From: Propionibacteriaceae bacterium
GTDB lineage: Bacteria; Actinomycetota; Actinomycetes; Propionibacteriales; Propionibacteriaceae
Assembly: GCA_031272195.1 (NCBI GenBank)
Contig: JAISUF010000021.1
Span: forward strand, 1 to 47,143
Length of the DNA: 47,143 nucleotides
Direction of reading: 5' to 3'
Below the pieces are notes generated by a model. The model worked only from the letters and a program-made list of their open reading frames with translations, was not told the DNA's origin and searched no databases. The translations under genes and the position numbers were made by a program. The stretch's first letter is position 1. Every line of letters begins with the position of its first letter. Positions 22,571-34,502 of this stretch are shown here, one piece after another.

Positions 22571-23170
22571 CTACGGCTTGGGCCAAGACCCTTCCAGCGC
22601 CAACAGGCTGGCCTTGCGGTCGAGGCCGCCGCCGTAGCCGGTCAAGCTGGAGTCGGAGCCGATGACGCGGTGGCAGGGGATCAGCAGCGAGATCGGGTTG
22701 TGGCCGACCGCCCCTCCGACGGCGCGGGCGGCCAGCGGGCGTCCCGGACCGGACAGGCGCGCGGCCAGCGCGCCGTAGGTGGTTGTCTGGCCGTACGGTA
22801 TCTCGCACAGGAGCGACCAGACCGCCATGCGGAACGGCGTGCCGCGCGGGGCCAGGGGGAAGTCGATGGTGGGGTTGCCTCCCGCGAAGTAGTCGGCCAG
22901 CCACTCGCCCAGGCGCTCCAAGACCGGGTCCGGCGGATCGGCGGCGTCTCGACGGCCGTCCGAGCGCCGGGCGGGCGCGCGGCCTGGCCTTGGGGCCGGC
23001 GCGTCAATGGCGTCGCCCGCTCTCGTCGGCGCGGTGCCCGACGGATTGGTCGCCGCCTCGGCGGGGGATGGGCTGGGCGGCTCGAACCATAATTGCGTCA
23101 CGGCGCCGCCCTCGGACGTGGCGGCGATCGGGCCGAGGGGCGAGGAGAAGCGGGCTTGGCGGATTGTCAT
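22571..23170 (-). CDS. ogt: Methylated-DNA--protein-cysteine methyltransferase
   Basis: SPLG, GTPFRMAVW, IPYGQTTTYG, IPCHRVIG, YGGGL. Confidence 0.92.
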   Translation of the reverse strand: MTIRQARFSSPLGPIAATSEGGAVTQLWFEPPSPSPAEAATNPSGTAPTRAGDAIDAPAPRPGRAPARRSDGRRDAADPPDPVLERLGEWLADYFAGGNPTIDFPLAPRGTPFRMAVWSLLCEIPYGQTTTYGALAARLSGPGRPLAARAVGGAVGHNPISLLIPCHRVIGSDSSLTGYGGGLDRKASLLALEGSWPKP

Positions 23171-23324
23171 CGATGCCTCCTGGGGGATTCGGGAGTCCGC
23201 GAACGAGCGCCGCGGGCGAGTTCGGCGCGGTCAGGGGCGGTGGTGCCGCCGGCTCCACGGCAGCGGTCAGGCCTGGACGGCGACACCGCCCCGGCGCGCG
23301 GCGGGCGTCGCCTTCCCGCGCTCC

Positions 23325-24554
23325 TCAGAAACCGTGCGATGTCCATGGCAGTCTCGGGTACGACAGGGCGGCGGCCAGCTTGTCCACCGCACCGGGCGTC
23401 AACTCCTCGATCAGGCCGGCCTCGGCCAGCGAGGCGACGGGGAAACCGCCGGCGTAAACCGATCCCAGGGCGCGGACGTCGAGGCGCAGGTCGGCGTGGC
23501 CGGCGGCAGGTTCGACGCGGGCCGCGTCCGGGCCGCCGGTCAGCCGCCAGCGCCCGGCGTTGGTCGGGACTTGGGCGTCGGACACCTCCAAGACCAGCTC
23601 GACGCCGGTCGCGTAGCGCCGGGCCGACAAGGCTTCGGGCACGTCCAACAGGCGCAGGTGCAGGCGGTCGCCAAGCCGGGCGGCGACGGCCCGCGGGTCT
23701 TCCAACAGGGCGAACAGCGGATCGTCCCAGGGCAGCGAGCAGGCCTCGGTTCGGGCCATCAGGTCGAGGTCGGTCAGCATCCCCCACAAGGCGCGCGTGG
23801 TGGGCGGGTCGTTGGCGACCAGCTCGTGCACCGTCACCGTGCCGTCGGGCACGGCGTCCGGCGTCCAATGCTCTTTGCGGCGGAAGAACGCGAAACCGGT
23901 TGGACGCCCGTCGCGCCGCGCCACCGCCACGCGCAGCGGCTCGGCGCCGTCGCGCCACTGCTGCGGATCGTGGAAGCGGGCGCTCCAGGGGCCGTCGGCT
24001 CCGGCGGGGACGAACAGCGGCCGCCCGACGTGCTGGCGGTGGACAAGGGCCGTCGCTTCGGCGTGTTTGGCGGGATCGGCGCGCTCCAGCGTGATGGAGA
24101 CGGCTTCTGCGCCGGGCACGTCGCGCAGCGCCACCTTGCGGGGCAGGACGGTGCGGACGGTGCGGTCGGCCTGGCCGTAGCCGAAACGGGTGTAGATGGG
24201 CACTTCGGCGGCGGTCAGGATCGACGCCGACTCGCCGCGCGCGCGGCAGTCCTCGAAGTGCCTCGCAAGCATGGTCCGCAGCATGCCGCGCCGCCGGAAA
24301 CCCGGATGGACGCCGACCCACGTCAACCCGCCGGTCGGGAGAACGCCGCCGGGGACGGGCAGGTCGAAATGCCAAGCCGAGCTGAAAGCCACCAGCCGCC
24401 CGTCAACCTCGACGCCGAACGAGCGCTCCCAGTCCAGCGTCTCGGCGACATGCTCGGCGTAGTCGGGGATGTCGGCCTCGACGAACGCCCAAAGTGTGAG
24501 GTCCACCACCTCGGCGGCGCGGTCAGGGCCGACCGCGACCAGTTTCCAGTCCAT
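23325..24554 (-). CDS. Eis-like GNAT acetyltransferase with SCP2-like C-terminus
   Basis: GLTWVGVHPGFRRRG, IYTRFGYG, RLLDVPEALSARRY, ALGSVYAGG. Confidence 0.88.
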   Translation of the reverse strand: MDWKLVAVGPDRAAEVVDLTLWAFVEADIPDYAEHVAETLDWERSFGVEVDGRLVAFSSAWHFDLPVPGGVLPTGGLTWVGVHPGFRRRGMLRTMLARHFEDCRARGESASILTAAEVPIYTRFGYGQADRTVRTVLPRKVALRDVPGAEAVSITLERADPAKHAEATALVHRQHVGRPLFVPAGADGPWSARFHDPQQWRDGAEPLRVAVARRDGRPTGFAFFRRKEHWTPDAVPDGTVTVHELVANDPPTTRALWGMLTDLDLMARTEACSLPWDDPLFALLEDPRAVAARLGDRLHLRLLDVPEALSARRYATGVELVLEVSDAQVPTNAGRWRLTGGPDAARVEPAAGHADLRLDVRALGSVYAGGFPVASLAEAGLIEELTPGAVDKLAAALSYPRLPWTSHGF

Positions 24555-24698
24555 GGGCTCAGCCTAAGAGATGATTCACAAGTCTGCACCTGCCGTCGCT
24601 GCGCTCTTCCATCGGCTTGGCTCTCGCCTCAGTCGTGTCGGCGGTGGCCACTGAGCGGCGCCTCGCCGCGTCGTCGGGCGCGCGTGGGCTTGGCGGGG

Positions 24699-25733
24699 TC
24701 AGCAGGCGAACAGGGCGCTGATGGTGGTGGCCTGCTTGGAGGTCTTGGAGGCGAAGGTCAGCTGCCACAGGTAGGGTTTGCCGCCTTGGGTCAAGAGGAT
24801 CGTCTTCGCTTTGCCGCGCACGCCGTACAGCGTCACCGTGTCGGACTTGGCTTTGACGAGGTCGCCCTGGTAGGCCAGGTCGAAGTCGACGTCGAAGTCG
24901 GAGCAGGTGTAGACGACTTTGCCGGTGCTCTTCTTGCCTTCGGTCTGGCCGGGGGCCAGCACGCGGTCCCACTTGACCAGGTAGCCGTAGGCGGCGCCTT
25001 TGTCGTCGACCAGGTAGGCGTGGACGCCGGACGCGCTGACGCGCCAGCCGTCGACCTTCTTCCACTTGGCCGGCGCCATGGAGTAGTTGTAGGCGGTGTC
25101 GTAGAAGTCGCCGGCCTTGGTGATGGCTGCGAGCACCTCCATGTTGAACAGGTTCTTGCGGTTGTCGACGAACTTGGACCGGGCCGCCGCCTTGCCGGTC
25201 TTCAAGTCGATGGTCAGCGACAGCTCGTCGTGCCAGTTGGCGTTGGTGTCGCAGGCCAGGCCGCGCCGCGTCAAGAAGGCCGAGAAGTAGCGGTTGTTGT
25301 AGATGTCGCCGTCGATGGCGGCCTGGGCCCAGGGGGTCGAGCCCGACAGGCAGGCGGAGGTTTCGGCGGTCAGCCCTTTGTCGGCCTGTTTGCGCTCGGC
25401 GGCCGTCTTGGCGAAGAACGCCTTGACTTTGGCTTTGACGGCCTTGGCAACGCTGGCCTTCACGCCTTTGAACTGCGGCAGTTCGTAGCTGTACGCGTAG
25501 CTGGCCGCGGCGGTCTTGAAATCGGCCTTCTTTGTCGTCCAGGTCAGTTTGGCGGCGGCGCCCGGCATGGCGTCGACGCGGGCCGACGCCCGTGCCGTCT
25601 GGCCAGTCGCGGCGATGGCGGGGTCTGTCGGAGCGCTGGCCGAGGCGGCCTGGCCGATTCCGGCGGTCAGCAGCAGGCTGGACGCCGCTGCTGCGGCGGC
25701 GCGGCTCAAATTGGCGTGGACGTTCACGTGCAT
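24699..25733 (-). CDS. Secreted Lys/Ala-rich hypothetical protein, possibly DUF4163/DUF3298 (RsiV/PdaC-like) fold
   Basis: Signal peptide ending ASA; strong GC3 codon bias; LTIDLKTGK motif. Confidence 0.7.
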   Translation of the reverse strand: MHVNVHANLSRAAAAAASSLLLTAGIGQAASASAPTDPAIAATGQTARASARVDAMPGAAAKLTWTTKKADFKTAAASYAYSYELPQFKGVKASVAKAVKAKVKAFFAKTAAERKQADKGLTAETSACLSGSTPWAQAAIDGDIYNNRYFSAFLTRRGLACDTNANWHDELSLTIDLKTGKAAARSKFVDNRKNLFNMEVLAAITKAGDFYDTAYNYSMAPAKWKKVDGWRVSASGVHAYLVDDKGAAYGYLVKWDRVLAPGQTEGKKSTGKVVYTCSDFDVDFDLAYQGDLVKAKSDTVTLYGVRGKAKTILLTQGGKPYLWQLTFASKTSKQATTISALFAC

Positions 25734-25922
25734 CCTTTCGACGGCGGGCGAATCCAGCGACCATGCTATCCCGGCCGCTGGCGCGGCGAGTGCCCGTGCG
25801 CTGTCCGTCCGTGCGGGCCTCGGCTGGTGTCAGGCCGGCCGCGCGGGCAGGCGGGCGCAACGTCGGTCAGTCGCCAGTCGCCAGTTGGAACATGTCCCGC
25901 CGCATCAGGTAACCTATCCGGC

Positions 25923-26007
25923 GGAGGATTCGCCTAGAGGCCTATGGCGCTCGCTTGGAAAGCGGGTTGGGTTCACGCCCTCACGAGTTCGAATCTCGTA
26001 TCCTCCG
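25923..26007 (+). tRNA. tRNA-Ser (GGA)
   Basis: GGAGGAT/ATCCTCC acceptor stem, CTCGC-TTGGAAA-GCGGG anticodon arm, long variable arm, GTTCGAATC; CCA not encoded. Confidence 0.95.
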
Positions 26008-26148
26008 CAGCAAGCGAGAGACAAGGGAGAGCTTGCTCTCACTTGTCCGAGCGCGGCAAGAGAGGATGATAGGGCGTCAGCCCGAACATCCTCCGCAGCA
26101 AGCGAGAGACAAGGGAGAGCTTGCTCTCACTTGTCCGAGCGCGGCAAG
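26000..26148 (+). repeat. tRNA-linked 61-bp direct repeat, 2 identical copies (26000-26060, 26088-26148)
   Basis: Both copies read ATCCTCCGCAGCAAGCGAGAGACAAGGGAGAGCTTGCTCTCACTTGTCCGAGCGCGGCAAG; the unit starts with the tRNA 3' end. Confidence 0.92.
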
Positions 26149-26153
26149 TACGC

Positions 26154-26241
26154 TGAAGTGACCCCGTGACTAGGTCACACATCCTTCCCCAATAGCCCCA
26201 GCTCTTGTTTGGTCAGTGTCCGAAAAGCGGGGTCAACTACA
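26154..26241. mobile_element. Putative 88-bp IS3-family-like miniature element or IS scar
   Basis: TG...CA ends with imperfect terminal inverted repeats TGAAGTGACCCCG..GGTCAC and (reverse complement) TGTAGTTGACCCCG..GGACAC; no target duplication seen. Confidence 0.45.
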
Positions 26242-26287
26242 GGTCGGCGTCAGTCAAGCGGCGCTTCTGCCCTGGCCGCCCAACTTC

Positions 26288-27109
26288 TCAGCTGCGGACG
26301 TAAGAGATGACGTATTGCCGGTCGGGGACTGTCGGGGCGTCGTCGAGCACCTGAAAGCTCCCGGCGATGCCCTGGTGCAGGCAGGTCTGCTCGAAATGGC
26401 ACATGGCGATGCCCACGTCGATGTGGGAGAACCAGCCGGGGCCCGACGGGATGCCCATGCTGGGCTGGATGAGGAAGTGGCAGGCGGTGGGCGTCACCAC
26501 CACCCGGTAGGGCTGGAGATTCTTCGCCGACGGCGCGATCCGGGTCATCTGCAGCGGCAACTCCCAGTCGCCTGCCGCCTGCGGGGTCAGCGGTTGACCC
26601 TCGGCGTCGAGAAAGAGCGTCTCGAAGGGCTTCTTGGCGGCGTGCAGCTTCTTGGAATTCCACAAGCCGATACGCTCGGCGAGCGGGCGTTGCCCGCCTT
26701 CGTAGCCCACCGGGCAGGCATAGCCCAGCGTCTCTGCGGGAGCGAGCTTGACGTGCTTGGCGAAGCTGGAATGGGTGAAACCGGCCAACCAGATCGAACC
26801 CACCCCGATGGAGGTGCAGTGCAACACCACCTGTTCCAACCAATAGGCCGAGCCCTCTTGGACCAGCGGCCCCTCCCCGTAGATCAGCCCCATGAAATCC
26901 CGCGCGCCCTTCACCGATCCGTAAGTGCCCAGCTTGACTCGTTCGTCACCGAAATCGGCTTGGATCAACTCGATGCGGGCATGCACCCCGAACGGCGGCG
27001 CGGTGGCCTCAATGAAGGAGGCAATGGACTTATGATCCGCCTCCGTCAGCGGACGCCCGTCAAAGGCCCGCGTGGAATGCCGCAGTCGAATCGCTTCCAG
27101 AATGTCCAT
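26288..27109 (-). CDS. Nitroreductase family protein
   Basis: AIRLRHSTRAF, RIAPSAKNLQPYR, IDVGIAMCHF. Confidence 0.88.
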   Translation of the reverse strand: MDILEAIRLRHSTRAFDGRPLTEADHKSIASFIEATAPPFGVHARIELIQADFGDERVKLGTYGSVKGARDFMGLIYGEGPLVQEGSAYWLEQVVLHCTSIGVGSIWLAGFTHSSFAKHVKLAPAETLGYACPVGYEGGQRPLAERIGLWNSKKLHAAKKPFETLFLDAEGQPLTPQAAGDWELPLQMTRIAPSAKNLQPYRVVVTPTACHFLIQPSMGIPSGPGWFSHIDVGIAMCHFEQTCLHQGIAGSFQVLDDAPTVPDRQYVISYVRS

Positions 27110-27268
27110 ATTGTCACCTCAAGTGCGCCCAGTGCCCTGAACTCTATCGGAGAACCCGGGGCCGCGTTCCCGCCACAATTGATCGAGGGGGATGCGTTCG
27201 AGACGCGCATCGAAGCACCGACCGTCCGGCCTCGGCCAAGCGGTGCTTCGGCGACTGACTGGGCGGGC

Positions 27269-27856
27269 TCAGAACGACCGGCCCCTGTAATAGCGGTTCG
27301 GGCCGAAGACGAAGGTTCGTTTGTCCGTGCGGCCGGTGTAGTCGCGGGCTTCGACGCGCTCCTTGGTCACGGTGACGAACAGGGTCCGAGACGGCAGGAC
27401 CGCGAAGTAGCTGTGGGCGGTGTCGGCGAGCTGGTTGCCGAGTCCGAAAATGCCGCCCGCGTCGGCGACCAATTCGATGACCGTCTCGCGGAAAGAGTTG
27501 CGGTGCTGGCGGACCAGTTCGACAATCTGGGCAGCCTGCGGATACTTGGCTATGACCACGGCGTCGTAGGCGTTCTTGGCGCGACCACCTTTGTGGTACT
27601 CGGCCAGGTTGATCGGCTCGACCACGACGCTGAGCGACAGCTCCTCGTCTTTGAGCAGCGTGTCGACGCTGACGTCGAACAGGCTGGCGATGGCCTTGAG
27701 GTTCTCAATGTCTGGCAACCCGCGGTCGCCTTCCCACTTGGTGACGGCCTGGCGGGAGACGTACAGTTTCTCGGCGAACTGCTCTTGGGTCAGCCCGGCG
27801 TCGGTGCGGACCTGCTTGATCTTGTTGCCCAGGGTGGTCGGTTCGGCGTTCATCAT
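27269..27856 (-). CDS. XRE-family HTH transcriptional regulator
   Basis: LTQEQFAEKLYVSRQAVTKWE..LPDIENL; SD GAAAGGA before ATG. Confidence 0.88.
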   Translation of the reverse strand: MMNAEPTTLGNKIKQVRTDAGLTQEQFAEKLYVSRQAVTKWEGDRGLPDIENLKAIASLFDVSVDTLLKDEELSLSVVVEPINLAEYHKGGRAKNAYDAVVIAKYPQAAQIVELVRQHRNSFRETVIELVADAGGIFGLGNQLADTAHSYFAVLPSRTLFVTVTKERVEARDYTGRTDKRTFVFGPNRYYRGRSF

Positions 27857-28089
27857 CGTCCTTTCTGGTGGATGGAGTGCTATCCACGAGCTAACCAGAC
27901 GTTTGGCCTCCAGGCCTCGGAAAACGGCTGGCGCCAACGCTACTCTCCGTAGCGGGACGGGCACGGCGCGTGGCGTGCGGTGGTCGTCGGCCACCGGGGC
28001 GAAAGCGGGCCAGGTGGCGTGCCTGTCCTCGGCCACCAGGCGTCTGACAGGCCACGGTTTTCGAGTGACGCCGCTCGGACTAGACGGCG

Positions 28090-28437
28090 TTACGACTGGG
28101 GATCGCAGAGGAAAAGTTTGGTCCAGCGGTCGACTGCGGCCAGGCACTGGCCGTCGACGACGCCACCGGTCTTGACGACGCGCTCGCGCGAGATGGTGCG
28201 CGGCTGCTCGGTGACGACCCAGGATGGCTGGGGCAGCAGTTCGGCCGGACTGACCGGAATGTGGTTCGGCCACCCGCGATCCTTGGTTGCGACCGGCAGC
28301 ACGACGACCAGTTTGTCGACCGTGTCGAGGTAGGCGGTCGACGAGACGACCACCGCCGGTCTGCGGCCCGAGTGCTCGCGGCCGACCGCCGGGTCGAGCC
28401 AGGCCCAGACGATCATGCCCCGGACAAGGGCATTCAC
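28090..28437 (-). CDS. PemK/MazF family toxin
   Basis: RGMIVWAWLDPAVGREHSGRRPAVVVS, EQPRTISRER; GTGA overlap with upstream gene. Confidence 0.9.
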   Translation of the reverse strand: MNALVRGMIVWAWLDPAVGREHSGRRPAVVVSSTAYLDTVDKLVVVLPVATKDRGWPNHIPVSPAELLPQPSWVVTEQPRTISRERVVKTGGVVDGQCLAAVDRWTKLFLCDPQS

Positions 28438-28676
28438 TGCTCGGCACCGTCCCGCAGGGAGGCCTGCTCCCAGGCGTCGGACTCGTCTTGCCAGGCGCGC
28501 AGCTCGTCGTCCGAGGTCTGCTGGACGGCTCTGCGCAACGCGGCCACCATTTGGCGGCGCTCCTCCGCGTCCATCAACTGGTCTAAGTACTCGTCCATCG
28601 ACCGGAAGGCGCCAGCCTGCGCTTTGATCCTGTCGCGCACCCGCGTCGAGACTTTGATGGTGGTCGCCGTCGTCAT
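28434..28676 (-). CDS. Cognate antitoxin (RHH-like N-terminus, acidic C-terminus)
   Basis: TTIKVSTRVRDRI start; 80 aa; coupled to toxin; leaderless after TATACT. Confidence 0.82.
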   Translation of the reverse strand: MTTATTIKVSTRVRDRIKAQAGAFRSMDEYLDQLMDAEERRQMVAALRRAVQQTSDDELRAWQDESDAWEQASLRDGAEQ

Positions 28677-28713
28677 ACCGACAAGTATACTGCGCGGCGT
28701 GCGCAGTGCCGCG

Positions 28714-29145
28714 TCACTGGGGTTTGCGGGCGTAGACGGACGCGGCCGCCATCAACTCCTGGTCGGCCTGGCCGGCGGGCTCCAACGTCAGGCCGTGGGG
28801 TTGGGGGCGGCCATTCTCGTCGACGTTGACGTAGGTGAAGAAGCCGTCGACGATGAAGTCGCCGGTGATGACGTTCTCCACCCGGACATAGGCGACCAGG
28901 CTGGAGCGGCCGACGTGGGCGACCGTCGTGGTGTACTCGACCTGGTGGCCACGGGGCACCGGGTTGCGGAAGTAGAGGTCGTTGATGTGGACGCAGACCA
29001 CGTCCTGGCGGCGCACCGCGTCGCAGGCGGCGATCAGACCCGCCTCGACCATCCACTCGACGCAGCGGCCGGCGTACAGCGTCCCGTGGTGGTTCAGATC
29101 CTGGCTCATGACGAAATGCCGCAATGTGATGGGTTTGACCCGCAT
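28714..29145 (-). CDS. Acyl-CoA thioesterase (hotdog fold)
   Basis: DLNHHGTLYAG, VGRSSL, FTYVNVDENGRP; SD GAGGAGG. Confidence 0.88.
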   Translation of the reverse strand: MRVKPITLRHFVMSQDLNHHGTLYAGRCVEWMVEAGLIAACDAVRRQDVVCVHINDLYFRNPVPRGHQVEYTTTVAHVGRSSLVAYVRVENVITGDFIVDGFFTYVNVDENGRPQPHGLTLEPAGQADQELMAAASVYARKPQ

Positions 29146-29312
29146 GGTGCCTCCTCGCGCCCGGTTGTTGACGACGCGTCCCGCTTGGGGAACGCCGGGC
29201 CGTGGCCCGCCTAGTGGGCGGGGCCACGTGCAGGACTCTACTGGTCGCGGCCGCGCGACACTCAGCGGACGAGGGGGCAATAACTGCCACCTGGGGCGTG
29301 TAGCGTGAGGCC

Positions 29313-31145
29313 ATGTCCATGCAATTCGAGGCGGGAAGGGGCCCGTCCAGAGTCGATCCCAAAGACTTGGCGCAGTTGGCGGAGTCGCCCGTCTCGTGGC
29401 GGCGCGTGCTGGCCCTGTTCGCCCCCCACAAGTGGGAGTTGCTGCTTGTCACAGCCATCATCGTGGCCACCTCGGTGGCCTCTTTGGCGCAGCCCTTCCT
29501 GGTACGCGCCGTCATCGACGACGCCCTGCCCAACAAGAACTTCCCGCTGCTGGTGTGGCTGGCCGTCGGCATGGTGGCGGTGGCGGCGTTCACCGGCGTG
29601 CTCGGCGTGTGGCAAACCTGGCTGGCCACCGGCGTCGGCCAGAAAGTCATGCACTGGCTGCGCACCGCCGTCTTCGGCCACCTGCAGGAGCAGTCGCTGT
29701 CGTTCTTCAAGCGCACCCGCACCGGCGAGATCCAATCCCGGCTCATCCAAGACGTCTCCGGCCTGCAATCGGTGATGACGTCGACCGCCACGTCGATCGC
29801 CTCCAACCTGACCACCGTCGTGGCCACCGCCGCCGCGATGGTCGCCCTCAACTGGCAACTGTCGCTGCTGACGCTGCTGGTGCTGCCCCCGGCGGTCTGG
29901 ATGACCAGGCGGGTGGCCTTGCTGCGCCGCGACATCACCTCGGCCAAACAGCGCACCCTGGCCGACATGCAGTCGCAAGTCGAGGAGGCCCTGTCCATCA
30001 ACGGGGCGATGCTGACCCACACCCTGGGCATGGCCGACATGCGCTTGGACCAGTTCGCCGACACGTCGCACCAACTGATCGGCTTGGAGTTGCGCTCGCA
30101 ACTGGCCGGACGCTGGCGCATGGCGACGATGGGCATCGGCTTCGCCGCCATCCCCGCGCTGCTCTATCTGGCCGCGGGCGTGCCCCAGCTGGTCGGCGGC
30201 ATCACCATCGGCACGCTGATCGCCTTCTCGTCGCTGCAAGTCTCGATCTTCCGCCCCATCATGGGGCTGCTCAACATCGGGGCGTCGTGGATCAGCTCCC
30301 TGGCGCTGCTCAGCCGCATCTTCGGCTACCTGGACCTGCCCGTCGACGTGCCCGAGCCGGAGAATCCCGTGCCGCTGCCGAAGGAGTCCGTGCGCGGCGT
30401 CGTGCGCTTCGAGCACGTCGCCTACCGCTTCCCCGACGGCGACGCCGACGCCCTGTCCGACATCGATTTGACGATCGAGGCCGGCGAGTCGGTGGCGGCG
30501 GTGGGGGAGACCGGCTCGGGCAAGTCAACCCTGGCCAACCTGCTGGTCCGGCTGGCCGACCCGACCCGGGGCCGCGTCACGCTGGACGGCGTCGACTTGC
30601 GCCAACTGAGCCGCCAAGACCGCACCCGCGTCATCGGCATGGTCACCCAGGAGACCTACCTGGCCCACGCCTCGATCGCCGAGAACCTGCGGGCGGCCAA
30701 CCCGCAAGCCGACGACGACGAACTGTGGCGGGCCCTGCGCACCGCCCAAGTCGACGAGGTCGTCGCCGCCCTGCCGGAGGGCTTGGCGACGGTCGTCGGC
30801 GCGCGCGGGCACCGCTTCTCCGGCGGCGAGCGCCAGCGCATCGCCATCGCCCGCACGCTCTTGGCCGACCCGCGCGTGCTGGTGCTGGACGAGGCGACGT
30901 CCGCCCTGGACAACGACACCGAGCGCGACTTGCAGGCCGCCCTGGACGCGCTGTCGGTGGGACGCACGACGTTCACCATCGCCCACCGCCTGAGCACCAT
31001 CCAGGGCGCCGACCGCATCATCGTCCTCGACCGGGGGCGCATCGTCGAGTCCGGCAGTCCCGCCCAACTGGCCGCCGCCGGCGGGCGTTACGCCGCCCTC
31101 CTGGGGACGCCCAAAGGCAAGCTGCCGCCGCACTGGGTGCAGTAG
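29313..31145 (+). CDS. ABC exporter, fused permease/ATP-binding
   Basis: About 6 TM segments, GETGSGKST, FSGGERQR, LDEATSALD, IAHRLST. Confidence 0.93.
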   Translation: MSMQFEAGRGPSRVDPKDLAQLAESPVSWRRVLALFAPHKWELLLVTAIIVATSVASLAQPFLVRAVIDDALPNKNFPLLVWLAVGMVAVAAFTGVLGVWQTWLATGVGQKVMHWLRTAVFGHLQEQSLSFFKRTRTGEIQSRLIQDVSGLQSVMTSTATSIASNLTTVVATAAAMVALNWQLSLLTLLVLPPAVWMTRRVALLRRDITSAKQRTLADMQSQVEEALSINGAMLTHTLGMADMRLDQFADTSHQLIGLELRSQLAGRWRMATMGIGFAAIPALLYLAAGVPQLVGGITIGTLIAFSSLQVSIFRPIMGLLNIGASWISSLALLSRIFGYLDLPVDVPEPENPVPLPKESVRGVVRFEHVAYRFPDGDADALSDIDLTIEAGESVAAVGETGSGKSTLANLLVRLADPTRGRVTLDGVDLRQLSRQDRTRVIGMVTQETYLAHASIAENLRAANPQADDDELWRALRTAQVDEVVAALPEGLATVVGARGHRFSGGERQRIAIARTLLADPRVLVLDEATSALDNDTERDLQAALDALSVGRTTFTIAHRLSTIQGADRIIVLDRGRIVESGSPAQLAAAGGRYAALLGTPKGKLPPHWVQ

Positions 31146-31358
31146 GCCCGGCCGCCGGGAGGCTGGCGGCGGACACGGGCGGGCGGCTGGCATGGGCGGG
31201 CGGCGGTATCGCGAAAGGCCCGTCCCAAGCGCCGGGAGTCGAGCTTGGACGCGCGGGCGGGTGCAGTAATACCCACCGCCGCCAGGGCCCCGATCCGGCG
31301 AATGTCCGCTCAAGAGCATGTGATCCATGTAAGACTTGGAGGCGTGTCTGGAGGAGGG

Positions 31359-34000
<2,642 letters not shown>

Positions 34001-34004
<4 letters not shown>

Positions 34005-34029
34005 CCGGGATGGGGCTTCGGGGTAAAGT
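34001..34029 (+). promoter_or_regulatory. str operon promoter
   Basis: TTGACC-N17-TAAAGT; the -35 overlaps the pulA stop codon. Confidence 0.65.
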
Positions 34030-34130
34030 TGCCCTTCGGTTTGATCACCGGACGTTGTGGTGCGCATTTCGCCTGCGGGGTCCGAGCAAACTCCAAACGT
34101 AATCACTTCCGAGGAAAGGGATACTGACCG

Positions 34131-34502
34131 GTGCCCACTATTCAGCAGTTGGTCCGCAAAGGCCGCAGCGACAAGGTCAGCAAGTCCAAGACGCCGGCGT
34201 TGAAGGGCTCGCCCCAGCGCCGCGGCGTCTGCACGCGCGTCTACACCACCACGCCCAAGAAGCCGAACTCGGCCCTGCGCAAAGTGGCCCGCGTGCGCCT
34301 CTCCTCGCAAGTCGAGGTGACCGCCTACATTCCAGGCGTCGGGCACAACCTCCAAGAGCACTCCATGGTGCTGGTGCGCGGCGGCCGCGTCAAAGACCTC
34401 CCCGGCGTGCGCTACAAGATCATCCGCGGTTCCCTGGACACCCAGGGCGTCAAGAACCGCAAACAAGCCCGCAGCCGTTACGGCGCGAAGAAGGAGAAGT
34501 AA
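34131..34502 (+). CDS. rpsL: 30S ribosomal protein S12
   Basis: [31 protein letters not shown]. Confidence 0.98.
   Translation: MPTIQQLVRKGRSDKVSKSKTPALKGSPQRRGVCTRVYTTTPKKPNSALRKVARVRLSSQVEVTAYIPGVGHNLQEHSMVLVRGGRVKDLPGVRYKIIRGSLDTQGVKNRKQARSRYGAKKEK

Noticed and set aside
26000-26148. CRISPR mini-array interpretation of the repeat-spacer-repeat
   Set aside because: The 61-bp repeat is longer than the spacer, there are only two copies, it overlaps a tRNA, the spacer is itself structured, and no cas genes are in the window
27938-27954. CGCTAC-N5-GTAGCG inverted repeat as XRE operator
   Set aside because: Only 6-bp arms and a single copy; too weak to support without conservation data
17224-28700. 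Prophage or ICE at tRNA-Gly or tRNA-Ser
   Set aside because: No integrase, phage or conjugation genes, and no distal att duplication found by eye
34131-34502. Streptomycin-resistance allele of rpsL
   Set aside because: K43 (TPKKP) and K88 (RVKDLP) are wild type
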